Shown here piece by piece: positions 8,422 through 20,885 of a stretch of DNA of 34,234 nucleotides (its first letter is position 1; each line of letters opens with the position of its first letter). Source of the DNA: Catajapyx aquilonaris (taxonomy: Eukaryota); NCBI GenBank assembly GCA_000934665.2, contig KZ539073.1, positions 1 to 34,234 of the forward strand, written 5' to 3'. A program made the translations under genes and the position numbers. The notes below the pieces were generated by a model, which saw only the letters and a program-made list of their open reading frames with translations, was not told where the DNA came from and ran no database searches.

Positions 8422-11400
8422 TACATCGTACTGTACAACCAACGTTATAAAAATGTATTATTATACTGCAGTCTTTAGTGAAGTAGTTATTCTTTCTGCT
8501 CACAACCAGAGTGTCAATTCATTACTTTCAGCACCGATCATGACACATAAGTTATAACTCCTTGTGTTTCAGAATGTTGTTCACATTCGCATCGGTTGAA
8601 ATTTTTCCGATGCCCGTTTCTAACTCCAAAGTCACCTTCACGTTTGGCTTTGAATCACACACATCGCTTTAAAGGCCATTGTAAGCCTATGGATTTTCTA
8701 AAGATGTACTGTAAGTATAATAACTGACAAAATTGAATCTTGAAGGTAAGGCGACAGGTTAAAGTGAAAATGAGCATCCGCGCAATTTTCATCTACTCGT
8801 ATATTCGAAGAATGCAGTATAAATTATAGCTTTCAAGAAAAAAAATCGGAATGTGCTACGTTGACTCCACAGAGCTTTTCTCCCGGCGCTGCGCAAGGCG
8901 AAATTTTTTGCTCTTTCTAGTGCACTAAGCATATTTTTGTCTCTGATGCAACAGGAAAGGGTGCTCAGGTCTCGTCCTGCGTTTCGCCATTTCTTATTAT
9001 CGGCCTAAAATCGCCTAGAATTGTCGGAGGACCGTGAAAAAATACTGTCGAGTGCGCAAAGAGACGGACATTCATAATATAAAATAAAATGCATTTTGGT
9101 CAAAAGTGCATATACGAGGCCTGCTCGTATAGAGTTTTGCCATGCGGCGCGGCGGGAGTTTTAACCATCATACAGTCTGGTGACATGAACTGAACTTGTA
9201 GGCTGTATACAGTGTGTACAGTTTCTCTTTGGCGGCAGGGCGTCCAATGAAAGAAACCTTATACTGTATATGTGCTGCTCTACCCTTAATTATTCCTCCC
9301 CCCCTTCCATACACAGCACGAAAAATCCTGGGAAATGACTTGGGAGAAATTTTCGAACTTGGCAGTCAAAATAGCAAAATGGAAGGCCAATCTATTGATA
9401 TGAACCTCACCTACGCAACAACGTGGGTAGGCAGAGTCTGATGAGATTTGAGAAATGAAGGTAGGGAGAATCGAACTATCCTTCCTGGAGCTGTCTTTTG
9501 TGGCAAAGACTTAGTACAACGGGGGAAGGAAATGAAGACAGATTTATCTTTCTCCTTTATCGGAACTGAAGGCGGGTTGGGCAGGATGCGCTGTAAACTG
9601 TTGCTGTGGTCGAGTAAGCACGAGCGTCAAGGCCCATGTTATAAATCAGATACTCAACTTGTTTCCCCAGAGCAAAGAATGGCTTGTTTTGCTACGCACT
9701 AAACATAATATTCTTGTATATACAAGGGTTATCTGGTGCTGGCCAGGAATAGTAAAAGGAGCCATGGCACCATGACCTGGCCTTACATCAGAGGCGATCT
9801 CCTAGGCAGATCTGGGGCATTGTGCTCAACTGCTGATACCCTTTATGCGGGTTGTGAACAATGGAGAGGGTCAAGTGGGATAGAGTTTTTGCATTTTGCG
9901 TTGAGGTGTGGTTGTGTCTCTACATAGCCTTGGGCATGGCTGTAGTCTAATTACGCAAACTTGAGTTCTTATTTGTTCGGTATTGCGCAGAGTAGATTTA
10001 TCACGTCACTGTTGCTGGCATGCAGGCCAGAACTAAATGCGCATCAGTGGTGAGCTGTGCAGGCATGCAATCCTATAACTAATGAACCACGTGAGGTTTT
10101 GTTGTTTTAAAAAATAAAGTTAAATATGTATAGGATTGCTGTCTTTTGGATTATATGGACTACATAGGTTATAGAAAAAAAAAACATTTTACGCCTGTCT
10201 CTTTGAAGAGGAAATTATTAGGGAGTGTCAGCCGTGTAGTATCCCAGGGAAGAAACTGCTGCTATTTTTTGTATCAGAGGTTTAGTCAGTGAATGCATGC
10301 TAGAATGCAATAGTGTGTTGGGTGACTGCATTTCTGGCAGTAAAAACCAGTTCTGTAAATCTAGACACATACTGGACCTACATAATTATTATGTGTGAAA
10401 AGTATGCGCCATAATGACAGTGAGCACTTTAGACTTTTCACTCCTTCGGGAAAAGCTGTGTTGCGTTGAAACTAGAGCTAATTATGTTTATTCAAAATTG
10501 ATTAATCTTATCGCCGTAACACTTTGGCTGCCGATTAGTGTTACTAATACTGTGTAAATATGATTTATACTTGGGATATGGATCTCTCATGCAGCTCATA
10601 CGTTTCCTGATTATTTTGGCTGAGAAGGTACTGCACACCTAAGTTTCGTAACCAAGAGACTCCCACCCAGAAGTGAATCTTGAGTACGTAATCACTCGGC
10701 CTACAAAAAAAGAGAGACAATCCGAAGAACCTGTCCATTATAGGCTAACCCACGTGTTTCCGATCCCGCTTCATCCGAATCCCTCAATTTGTCAATGTCT
10801 ACCCTAGACTTGTTCCGGTACCCACAATAAGCATCCAGCCCCATATTAATTCGTCCCCATGACAACCATGCACGTCATACCCTTATTTCATTGACCTCTT
10901 CTCAACCCATTGGGCAATACCCGGACACATGCGAAGCAAAGGAGGTCCCCCGGTCAGTTCGAAAAAGAGCTTCATTTACACTGATTCCTTCCTAGACAAA
11001 GGCAAGTTATACACGTACTGCATGAAAGATTGATGAGCACGTAGTCCCCGAAAAGCCTTCTCGGTCATGTCACCGCAGGAGAGTTCAGGCGGAGAAAAGC
11101 GATGCGCCACAAGCCTGACCCACTTTGCACTCAAAAGCTTGTACCACACCATCACCGTTCCTCAATTTTAGCGCTGCCCTGACTTAATTACAACCCTACT
11201 TTATACATACAACATACTTCCAAGAATTTCCTCCCAAAAAACAGAAGAGAGCGACTCTCTCGAATCCATTGCAGCTAATTTAGAACAAGAGGCCAGCACG
11301 TGCAGAGCTGTTTGATGTGGTCGGTGCAGCAGCAAACAGAATTTTCTCAACCATTGTGCTTGGAGAATATGTATAAAAAGAGATGACTTTTAGACGTGTA

Positions 11401-12458
11401 AGTACCAGTGGCCTACTTTGGAACCAGTTTGGCTAGTTGGCAGCACGTTCGAAGTATTCCTAAACACTAAACTGCTGAGATGCATTGGTCTCATATATTG
11501 CCAACCTTCTTCCTGTGTACATGTACGGACACGAATTTCAATCGGGCCATTTCATTGGGGCCATTTTTATATGAGTGCAAAACGGGAATGAGGGCAGGTA
11601 TAGAGACGGGTATGTCAAAGGTATCCGGGTCAATCATTTGAGACTCCGCGTATATGTGAAAGGCATTCTCACAACTATAGACACGAAAGCCTAAATATTT
11701 TGGTTGCCTTGCTGCTGCTGCTCCTTAACAATATACGCTACAGCTTCGTGACTTAATTACTTGGCCTGATTTGCTGAGAAATGTTATGCAATTACGGTTT
11801 CTTATACTGACCTGACCTGTCGCTGTAGTGCTTTCTCCTTTTCCATTCCATTACGCAAATACCTTGTGCCGCGAGAGTCAACGAGTAAAAAAACCTGGAG
11901 ATACAAGAGAGAACATACGCATATATAAGAAAATAATGCGCAGGGTTTTCTTAATAAGAGAGAAGACACAATTAAAATCTTCGTTGCGTGACATGATTAG
12001 CTCTCCAGCAGATAATGGAACACAGTTGCCTGGTGGTAAGGGAGAAGAGAAAAAAAATTAATTGCAACACCTTCTTGTACTGCTTTGCCCCTTTGGGGCA
12101 TGAAAAAAACAAGGACCGTAGGAAAAAAACTGCTTTCTACATCTCCTATATCCTATACAGAAGCAATCAATATTTTGAGAATCAGAAACTCGAGTTATAC
12201 ATTAAATACCCACGCGTATTATTATGTAAGTACGTACCGTACTGTATAGCATCATCAGCATTCAACTTTCACTTGGCACGGAATAGGTTCTGTTACTAAT
12301 GATCATTGCTCTCTCAGATTCGCATAAATCGCGTATCACAACTGGTCGCCTGAAGTCTAATACATCATAAACAATGACTGAAAAATAAAAAAATAGGCAG
12401 GCTGGAGATATAGGGAATTTTTACATAATGTACTTCCTTACAAGAGTGGCATGACAAT

Positions 12459-12485
12459 GTAGTAGTAGTAGTAGTAGTAGTAGTA
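12459..12485 (+). repeat. (GTA)9 microsatellite
   Basis: Direct read; its last TA is the left TA flank of the element at 12486. Confidence 0.95.
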
Positions 12486-13089
12486 AAGGAAAGCCACCAA
12501 ATTAGGACCCCAATAGGTTTTTCATGTATAACTTCCTACATGTTAAAGTTACACTTATAATTGCTCGATGTCAAACGATTCTTTCATTAGTTAACTTACC
12601 TAAAAACTGGCTATAACAAAATCCACGTAAATATTCCAAGTTAATGGCATATTTGAATTTAGTAAAAGTCTGCAAACATGATGCTCCAGAAAAACCTGAA
12701 AAAGTGCTCCAAATTCGGACCCCCTCGCTTTTTCCTTCAAATGAGGACCTCCAGATGCAAATAATTAGTAAGGGGAAAATGAAAACAAACTTAAGCTATG
12801 CATTGGAATGAGTTATTTAAAAATATATAATTGTGAACATAAATAAATCAAGAACTACAATTTAATAAATAAATAGCAAAACATTGAAGACTCGCATTGT
12901 AAATCGAAAAGTAGTCCCCGACCTTCACTTTCTACTTAGCTTCTATCGTTTTCCATCACTTAGGCTTGTCACTCAAAATTAACGAAAATTTGCGCCCAAG
13001 ATTGATGTCAAATGAGGCCTGATGGACTGGTTCGCCATTGGTCGGGTTCCTATAGCTCGGTTCATATGGAGCGCAGCGGAGGACACTAA

Positions 13090-13139
13090 GCGCGATTTAG
13101 TAGCTGTGATCTAATTTAGATCACGTCTACTAGATCGCG
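13090..13139. repeat. ~50-bp imperfect palindrome
   Basis: CGCGATTTAGTAGCTGTGATCTAA-T-TTAGATCACGTCTACTAGATCGCG, enclosed by TGGTTCGCC/GGCGAACCA (~13028/13151). Confidence 0.85.
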
Positions 13140-13590
13140 TCTATGGTAGCGGCGAACCACTATGACCAAGTAAACGAGTAGAATGGATTTGAACCTGGGT
13201 GTCGCGGCCGTGAGACTTATTCGCTACGAATGAGCTTTTGTCAGGGGGGGCACCACTTTGGAGTTACAAAATTTCAACGACGTCAATCGTTTTCGCTGAT
13301 TTGTGCTCGAATATGAGTGTTTGTTCTGGCTTGGTTTCAACGCTGTAGCACTTTTAATTTGGTGGGGGCAAGTTAACTCATTTGAAATAACGCTAATCTC
13401 AAAATTTAAACGACGGCAATCGCTTGCGGGTAGTCTACTTGCTAAATGTGCTCCCCTATTTGTCCGTGGAATATTATAAATCATAAAACTGCAGGAATGG
13501 GTCAAAGCGATTTAAACACCTTGCAATACTTGTATTTGGTTTAAGGTATGGGTCAATTTGGTGTATTTATTCTCAAATGTCGGTTAGGAT

Positions 13591-13900
13591 CAGGGGCGGA
13601 TCCAGGGGGGGGGGGGNNNNNNNNNNNNNNNNNNNNNNNNNNNNNNNNNNNNNNNNNNNNNNNNNNNNNNNNNNNNNNNNNNNNNNNNNNNNNNNNNNNN
13701 NNNNNNNNNNNNNNNNNNNNNNNNNNNNNNNNNNNNNNNNNNNNNNNNNNNNNNNNNNNNNNNNNNNNNNNNNNNNNNNNNNNNNNNNNNNNNNNNNNNN
13801 NNNNNNNNNNNNNNNNNNNNNNNNNNNNNNNNNNNNNNNNNNNNNNNNNNNNNNNNNNNNNNNNCCCCCCCCCCAAATCGAAAGTCTGGATCCGCCCCTG
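13591..13900. mobile_element. hAT-type MITE, interior lost in the assembly gap
   Basis: 15-bp TIR CAGGGGCGGATCCAG/CTGGATCCGCCCCTG; perfect 8-bp TSD GTTAGGAT (13583-13590/13901-13908). Confidence 0.92.
13617..13864. other. Assembly gap (248 N) between G and C homopolymers
   Basis: Direct read. Confidence 1.
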
Positions 13901-14103
13901 GTTAGGATAAGTTAATGCCCATTTAAAATAACTGGCTCATAATAGATCTATTAGGTTTGGGAGGTAAGGTCAGGGTAAAGTTGATTAAAATAACCACGTA
14001 TACTGGTGTATCCATTCGCTTTGGGAGGTTAGGTCAGGCAGGGGTAAAGTAGATCAAAATACCTGTCGGTACGTTGTTATTCACGCATGGGCTGCAGGAG
14101 AAC

Positions 14104-14202
14104 CACTCGAACCAAAATAATTACGCCCAGGTATTTAAACCTGCCCATATCTAAATATGAGCAGGTTTAAAATAGCTGGCCGTAATTATTTTGGTTCGAG
14201 TG
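14104..14202. mobile_element. 99-bp hairpin MITE with CACT termini (CACTA/EnSpm-like)
   Basis: CACTCGAACCAAAATAATTACG..CGTAATTATTTTGGTTCGAGTG, almost fully palindromic; 3-bp direct repeat AAC at 14101-14103/14203-14205. Confidence 0.75.
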
Positions 14203-15859
14203 AACAAAATCTGTTATTCGAAAGTGTTACTGCTATTGAGGCTTTTTAGCCCGACTATGCATCTCGACTCCTAACCGCCCTTGCAGGCCTCGTAGTCCAC
14301 ACTTCTCCTCGCTTCCCCCCTTGTGGGGGTCCTCATTTGGAACTCGTAGTGGTCTGTCTGCATTAGGGGAAGAGCATTTCTTTGAAAACATGGCGTTTTA
14401 AAGTATTATGCATTTAAGAAGCCGTTACATATATTGTTACTTCTACCCTATTTCTATAGTAGTCAGTGGTGAGAAACCAACTCTGACCAATGCCAAAGTC
14501 AAGCTATGCCCAAAGAGAAGAAAAGGTTGCAACAATTTCACAAATCGTTAAAATAGAAACCAACCCACCACTCATTACTGAACAATGCTAACTACGTGAT
14601 TTCCGATTCCACTGACTTCACACTGTCCTTATGAACCTATTGGCAGTCTCACTTTTAGTCTGCATCACCTAGTTGACAAAATAAGCCAGTGGTCCGCATT
14701 AAGGGGAGGGGTCCGCATTTGGCGACTTTCCTCTAGGAGTAAAAGCGTAACAAAAAGTTTCCCTTTTACATTTTAATTACTTTTGGCATGAAAATTATAA
14801 AGCTAGCTATCAAACTGTGGTAACATATAGATGATTCCTAATTATCTTCGTGTCAATGGATCACCTTTACTGACCGGATCACATCACAGTGAATATGTTT
14901 CCAGATGTATTAATTCAGAAACGTAATGTTATGCCACCCCAGATGCAATATGTTATAACGACAAGGGGGCGGCTTTGGTTTGCTGCGATTTCCAAAATGA
15001 CAAGTGTGAAGGAACCTCGCAGGGAATGAAATGCCCTGTTGCTGTACCGTCTCCAGAGTACGGAATTGTACAGACGACTTTAAAATTAATGTAAAAACCC
15101 AGGAAGGAGGTATACATGCTGGTGTATGAGGAGCCTAAACATACCTTAACCACATACTATATACTGTACAAGTGTACATACTGTATTAGCATCTCGGTGT
15201 CCCAACATAGAACATACTGCACATACAGCTATAGAGAAATAACTATACTATATGGAAACAACATGAATTTACTTACGTCCATATCAAGCATCTATAGCTA
15301 TCAAGCAGTTACTTGCTGTACGGGATGAATGAAAGAATCTTTATGCGGTTTAATGTGGGAAGGAGAGTAAATGTGATACTGGTGAGAACTAGGTGAGAAT
15401 GGGTTTACCTGTAATGACGTCCCAAGCCATGTATACAGTAATTCTGCCCGCCGGATATCAAAATACGTGGGCTCTTGCATGCATTTTCGACTATGACGTA
15501 AACTTAGAGGGCTCTCAGTCATGCACTTACAGCTCTGCAAGGAAAGCTCTAAGTCTAAGAGATGTGGGGGTTTCTACTTCTATACTAATGGGTATGGAAC
15601 TGATGACGGAGGTTTGAATAGTCTATTTCTCAATATTATTTTACATCATGTTAAATAGCACCTGCGGGGGTTTTGCTTACTGTGACGTCCCTTAATATCT
15701 TGTTCCAATGAGTCATACAGTATTACACCCAAAGTTGAACACTTCAATTTTTTACCAAGGTCTACACATATATGTGTTGACACCAATATGTACTGCATTA
15801 TTGCGTCTTGTGTAAAAACAAAATAATTCATTCGTTTATAATTATACTGCATCATTATT

Positions 15860-16100
15860 AGGGCGACACGGTGGCCGAGTGGTTAGCGCCGCAGCCTTCC
15901 ACCTCTAAGGTCCCGAGTTCGATCCCCGGGTCGGACGGAGGATACTTATGTGGATAGCGTTTCGATGGGTTCTCTCCGCGTTCGCGTGGGTTTTCTCGGG
16001 GTTCTCCCGTTTCCTCCCACTATCAAAATCCATCACATTACAGGCAAATGATTAAATTCGGGTATTCAAAAGATGATCCCCTAAGAGGCCCAAGGGTATC

Positions 16101-16151
<51 letters not shown>
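15860..16151 (+). mobile_element. Full-length young tRNA-derived SINE with V-domain-like core, family B
   Basis: A-box TGGCCGAGTGG, B-box GAGTTCGATCCCC, core GTTCTCTCCGCGTTCGCGTGGGTTTTCTCGGGGTTCTCCCGTTTCCTCCCAC, (ATT)n tail from 16102, 15-bp TSD TACTGCATCATTATT (15845-15859/16152-16166). Confidence 0.93.
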
Positions 16152-16154
<3 letters not shown>

Positions 16155-16516
16155 TGCATCATTATTTTATGATTCGTATTCTTCCCAGCATGACAGTGCC
16201 ACGGTTCTTAATGCTCGTAAGACCCTTGTATTCTTTAGAGCTAACAATGAATATTACAGCAGTCCAATGTTCACAGGTCAATACATACTGCCCACAGTCG
16301 AGTAACTCAGGATGTCACTGATTCATGGAGAGCGGCTTATTTACGTAGTGATACTTATGGCGATTTATAATTTTTGCATAAATCCGATTGAGTAGTTTTA
16401 CTGGGGTGGGGGCCACAGGGAGTTTTGGGGCTATTAAAGCAATTATTGCTTACAATCCCATCATGCACTTATTAACTTCTGTTACTTCAAATGGTTTGCA
16501 TTCTGTACTTAGTGGG

Positions 16517-17036
16517 AGGATCCCTGCCAAAATTGTTTTCCCCCTCTTTGACAGCCACAATTTTTAGTGGAAGTTGTTTCTAATAATGTAGAATAAACGT
16601 GAAACTCGGTTCTGTCCTCTACATTCGGGTAATGAGTAAATTCTAATTTTAAATTTTAAATTTTAAATTTTTTATCAATTTAAAATCCCCACAAAAGACG
16701 CCAGGAATACGAGATAATTATGACACTTTCTTTTCTAATTTTTTAGGCAGTGACACAGATGATAACAGATTTTTAGAGTTGCCAATATTGTTCACATCGC
16801 AAGTTATTTTAAATTCCCAGAAAAATTTAATACGAATGATGTAAGGTTACTGGCGCCTCGTGTGACGATTATTTTAAACAAGAAAAATGGAAAATTGGCG
16901 AATTTAAAATACGGATTTCCTCAGTATTGAAATAGAAAGGGAAAACTTTGCTTTCCCTTTTTCATCTTACATTATTAGGAACAACTTCCATTACAAATTG
17001 TGTCGGTATAAGGGAAAAATTCTTGGCAGGGATCCT
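16517..17036. mobile_element. Fold-back MITE with long imperfect TIRs
   Basis: AGGATCCCTGCCAA..CACAATTTTTAGTGGAAGTTGTTTCTAATAATGTA versus TACATTATTAGGAACAACTTCCATTACAAATTGTG..TTGGCAGGGATCCT; similarity continues inward; TSD unclear. Confidence 0.8.
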
Positions 17037-17338
17037 TAGAGCAGCATAAAAAGCACTGGGTGCAATACATTTAAGTTGAATTCGAAGGGGAAATTGTGGG
17101 CATCAGGCTTGGAATGGTGACAGATTCACTTGATCATTTTTCTGTTATACCTTACTAATATACTGCATTAAGCTTCCTTTGCCTTGTACCTCTATTATGA
17201 GCAGGGTTCATTGAAATTTGGCATGGGTTTTAGGATATCTCATAATTATGAATTATATTGTCATTCATAAATTTAAGTTCATTGTTGTGCTCTGTATACA
17301 AAGTGTACCATACAAAAATGGTTTTGTACAGCCTACTG

Positions 17339-17819
17339 CAGGGGTATTCAACTAGTTTCTGACAAGGTCCAGTATTTACCTTTCCTGGGCCATTGAAGGT
17401 CCGGACCCCCCCCCCCCCCGGATAAAAATATATAGATTTTATATGGTACCACAGGATTCATATTCGAAAATATAAACATGTGCAGCAAGGGTAGAAGGGC
17501 CTATCAAGACAGGGGATATTAAGACATTTTCGCCCTTTGTGATGTCCTGTATACAGGGGCGTAGGCAGAAGAATTTCGGAGGGGGGGGGGGGGCATTTCG
17601 CAAGCACAAGGTGAACAAGCCGTAATTTTTTTTGGAGGTTCAAGGTCACACGAGCTTAGGTGAGATGTGGGAGATTTGAATAGGTGGGTATTTGATGAAA
17701 TTGGTAGCACTTTTTCCAAAAAAAAATCATGAATTAGTAATTTATCATGCTATTTCAAACTGTCCTGTATATTGTCGCGGTCCGGATCCGGACCGCGGGC
17801 CGCCAGTTGAATATCCCTG
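17339..17819. mobile_element. hAT MITE (Buster/Charlie-like)
   Basis: TIR CAGGGGTATTCAACT/AGTTGAATATCCCTG; perfect 8-bp TSD GCCTACTG (17331-17338/17820-17827, nnnTAnnn pattern); subterminal GGTCCGGA motifs. Confidence 0.92.
17554..17760. mobile_element. One-ended hAT-like insert nested in 17339-17819
   Basis: Starts CAGGGGCGTAGGCAG plus a G-tract, like the element at 13591; no right TIR; flanked by 11-bp direct repeat TGTCCTGTATA (17543-17553/17761-17771). Confidence 0.65.
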
Positions 17820-19721
17820 GCCTACTGTTTTTAAACAAAATGTTAATCTAACAAAGGTAAAGACTTAGGTCATAATAATATTATCCTCGGAATTATTTTA
17901 ATGCATAGTCTACTGAATATGTGCAATATAGGGTATCTGCTTGTAATACGACTAAGCTGTGTAATTTTTATTGAATGAAACAGAGCCGAGATGTAGGCTG
18001 ATAATGAAAATTCATAGATTCAGCACATCTGATATCAGATCAGCTCAATGGCCATTTGAATATTTTCTTTCTTAGCGTGTCACTTCCTTTTCATCGTTGA
18101 AATCCTGGGACTCTACCTTGACCACTCCAAACCAATATTATTCCCATCATTACAAGTAGTTCAGTATGGAACTGATCATGACACACGACGTTTATCCTCA
18201 CTATATACTTTTTTTTGTTGCACCTAACAACATACCGCGATACCGGTACCGGTATACTTGACCCACATTAACACAAACAAACTTATCATACACTGTAATG
18301 CTAGACTGGTTATCGCGCGAAGAAAAAAACTGACTTACCTGATGACCTCTAGATAATACATTACTTGCAGCATGATCAATGCGATTCTTCAATAGTGCTT
18401 TGTTAAAAAATCACGTTCGGGCTATTTCTGTACAATTATACGGATTTGACGAATAATAAGAATAACCAGAAGCTTAAAGAAGTAGCACCGGCAGCCTATT
18501 TTCCTCTTTTACTTCCTTCCCTCCTCCGTACTCGGTTCACACTATCGATTCCTCGTAGCTGTGCAACCGCATATGCAGCCATGTTCTCTCAAACTTGCCA
18601 TTTCCTGCGCTACTTTGTATTTCCTGCAGATGCATCGCGTACAGCATGTAGCCTATACTGCATTGGCACTCGGTGTCTATATGTTTTTGCTGTATGTATT
18701 CTTGTGGCTTACAGCAAATTATTAATTCGTACTACAAAACATGCAAAATTTTTGAGCATAGCGGGGTTTGTAATTATTGTGGGGCCGAGATTTGTTGCTG
18801 AAGAGTATATCAATAACATGCACACCACTTATAATAGGGAAAATGGATGGCTTTCAATAACGCATCTAGTGTAACTATTCCCATCTGGGAGGGCTCTCCA
18901 TCAGCTTTATATGCTGGGAAACGCAGCTGCAGGTATCAATTCGTTAAAGGTTCTGCATAGCATCATGCTGTCACTTTTGTCCTATACCAGTCAAAATAAT
19001 GGTTTCGAACATTGAATGTCACAGGCAGAAAAATAAGCACATCACATAATGCAGTTGTGTCTAACCGGGTTAGGGTGAGTCGGGTTTGTTGCCCTGACCT
19101 GCATATCCTGCCGATGGTTGCGCAAACATGGCGCTGGGACCACCATGGGACCGGCTGACTTTTGCCATCCAAATCCAGCGCTCAGCCTGATGGGGAAATG
19201 ATAGCAGACGCTTGTAACATCGGTTTATGTATGTTATGCGTTTATCAGTAGCAGGAGTTAGCTGGATTCAACAGCCCATTGTATAAATATTACAGTGCGG
19301 TTATAGTGTTCCAAGTATTCAGGTTCTTTTAGTTATCGCAAATTTTGATCGAAGTTGTTATTTTTGTGCGGCAGCTTTTTGTGCCCCGATCGAGATGTCC
19401 AATAATATAGCAGCTGCTATATTCGACAATCCTGGGAACAAGTTCGGCCAGGCGAAATTTAAGATAACTGAAAGTACCCGGATACTCAGAACACACTGTA
19501 TTAGTCATCTCCAACAGTTGAACTTCTCACGTGCACTTCCGATACGGAATTATTCAGCTTATATACCAGTATGTCTAACTATAATGAAAGTTTCTATAGG
19601 GTCATACTGTAGGCTACGAGTAGGCTATATACGCATTTATAGGGTATTTCTAAGGACGTGCATCTCCTCTGCTGGGACTGACGAGGTTCTTGCAATATTC
19701 AAAATTAGCCTCCTCACTTTA

Positions 19722-20148
19722 CAGGGTGGAAATGAGATAAGTTCCCGTTTTTCCCCCGAAAGATAGAGTGCCTCGAAATAATTTTTTTTGCCAATTACTC
19801 TTGGGTGTCCCAGACGCGTCGTGTAGTCAGAAAACGATGGTTTGTCACGCGTCATACAAACACGTCATACCCTCAGTAACCATTTAATATCATAGTATCC
19901 CATACTATACTACGACAATTGTTCTATCAGACAATGACGTCACAAACACGTCAAACTGTGGTTATCATAGTGACCACCATGGAACAACTGCTGCTGTAGT
20001 TTGGTTACCTTGGTTACCTTGGTGGTCACAATGGTTACGACTTGTCTGGGGCACCAAGTGTATTGGCAAAAATGTTTCTTTCGAGTACTCTATATCATTC
20101 GGGGGGACGGGGGAGGGGGGGGGGCGCACTTATCTCATTTACACCCTG
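19722..20148. mobile_element. Tc1-type MITE with ~100-bp TIRs
   Basis: TA|CAGGGTGGAAATGAGATAAGT versus ACTTATCTCATTTACACCCTG (20/21 match); arms continue through ATAGAGT..CTCGAAA..TTTTTGCCAAT..CCCAGAC; right TA not retained. Confidence 0.85.
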
Positions 20149-20181
20149 CGGCATACACATGGCCCTAACGAGGCTAATGTA

Positions 20182-20315
20182 CGGAAAACGAGAGAATGAT
20201 CTGACGTCATTGTTTCTTCCATTGTTGCTTTTTGTTGACACTGTTTACTCATATTGTTCTGTAAGGGTATTTCCATGGAAACCTTGATGACGTCAGATCG
20301 TTCTCTCGTTTTCCG
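20182..20315. mobile_element. Short TA-flanked MITE with a TGACGTCA in each TIR
   Basis: TA|CGGAAAACGAGAGAATGATCTGACGTCAT versus ATGACGTCAGATCGTTCTCTCGTTTTCCG|TA. Confidence 0.85.
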
Positions 20316-20885
20316 TATACATTATATGCTAGTTTCTTCAACAATGGACTATTCTCACATCCTATAGGACTTCTCCGATCTCGTGCCTATATAACTTAGT
20401 TAGTTGCATCCGGGCAACGCGAGTTTTGTTCGTCTAGCCTGCATTTGTCCTAACGTGGGCGATTTCGATTCAATTTCATTTCCCCCCACGCAGCAGAAGC
20501 CACTGCCGGTACCTGTAAACATGGGCGGTAATGAGCAGTCTCGTGGTCAAGTCACTAGGACGCTCATCTTGTCAGAAACCCGTAATTGTCCAGCCCCATT
20601 GTTTACTTACGTCCAACTTGTTTACTTGTTATCTTCTCCAACGCGTTTCCGTGACAACCAGTTCGGGGTCGCAGTTATGAGAACGCCCCCTTTCCAATCG
20701 CCGTCATGTGCAGGTCGGTTCCTGGAAGGCACAGGTACGGACAATACGTTCCCTGCCCAACGAATGTTACAGGAGGACATAACAGAGGTCATCATCCCAA
20801 TTATTCCACGCCAGTCGCCAGTCATCTATATACACGTAGGTCTCCAAATAGGAAGGAAATTCTCTGTCAAAGCCTTATAATTATA

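Larger units (their letters stand above)
12486..14733. mobile_element. 2.25-kb non-autonomous TA-flanked TIR element (pogo/Tc1-mariner-like) with nested insertions
   Basis: TA|AAGGAAAGCCACCAAATTAGGACCCC versus GGGGTCCGCATTTGGCGACTTTCCTC|TA; CAAATnnGGACC motif repeated subterminally (~12710, ~12738; inverted at ~14325, ~14691); no transposase ORF seen. Confidence 0.7.

Noticed and set aside
13548..13915. Three ORFs of 107-120 aa
   Set aside because: They read through the N gap
14941..15093. Cys-rich peptide AICYNDKGAALVCCDFQNDKC, PHD-like
   Set aside because: Lacks the His and the full Cys spacing; short, with no supporting neighbouring exons
16048..16305. ORF with poly-Ile
   Set aside because: Translation of the SINE (ATT)n tail
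20380..20440. Helitron 3' end (CCGGGCAACGCG..CTAG)
   Set aside because: Hairpin is poorly paired, CTAG is not followed by T, and no matching 5' end was identified
20622..20825. RTE-LINE remnant (IRWAGNVL resembling LRWAGHV)
   Set aside because: A single short motif with no RT core or tail nearby; needs a profile search
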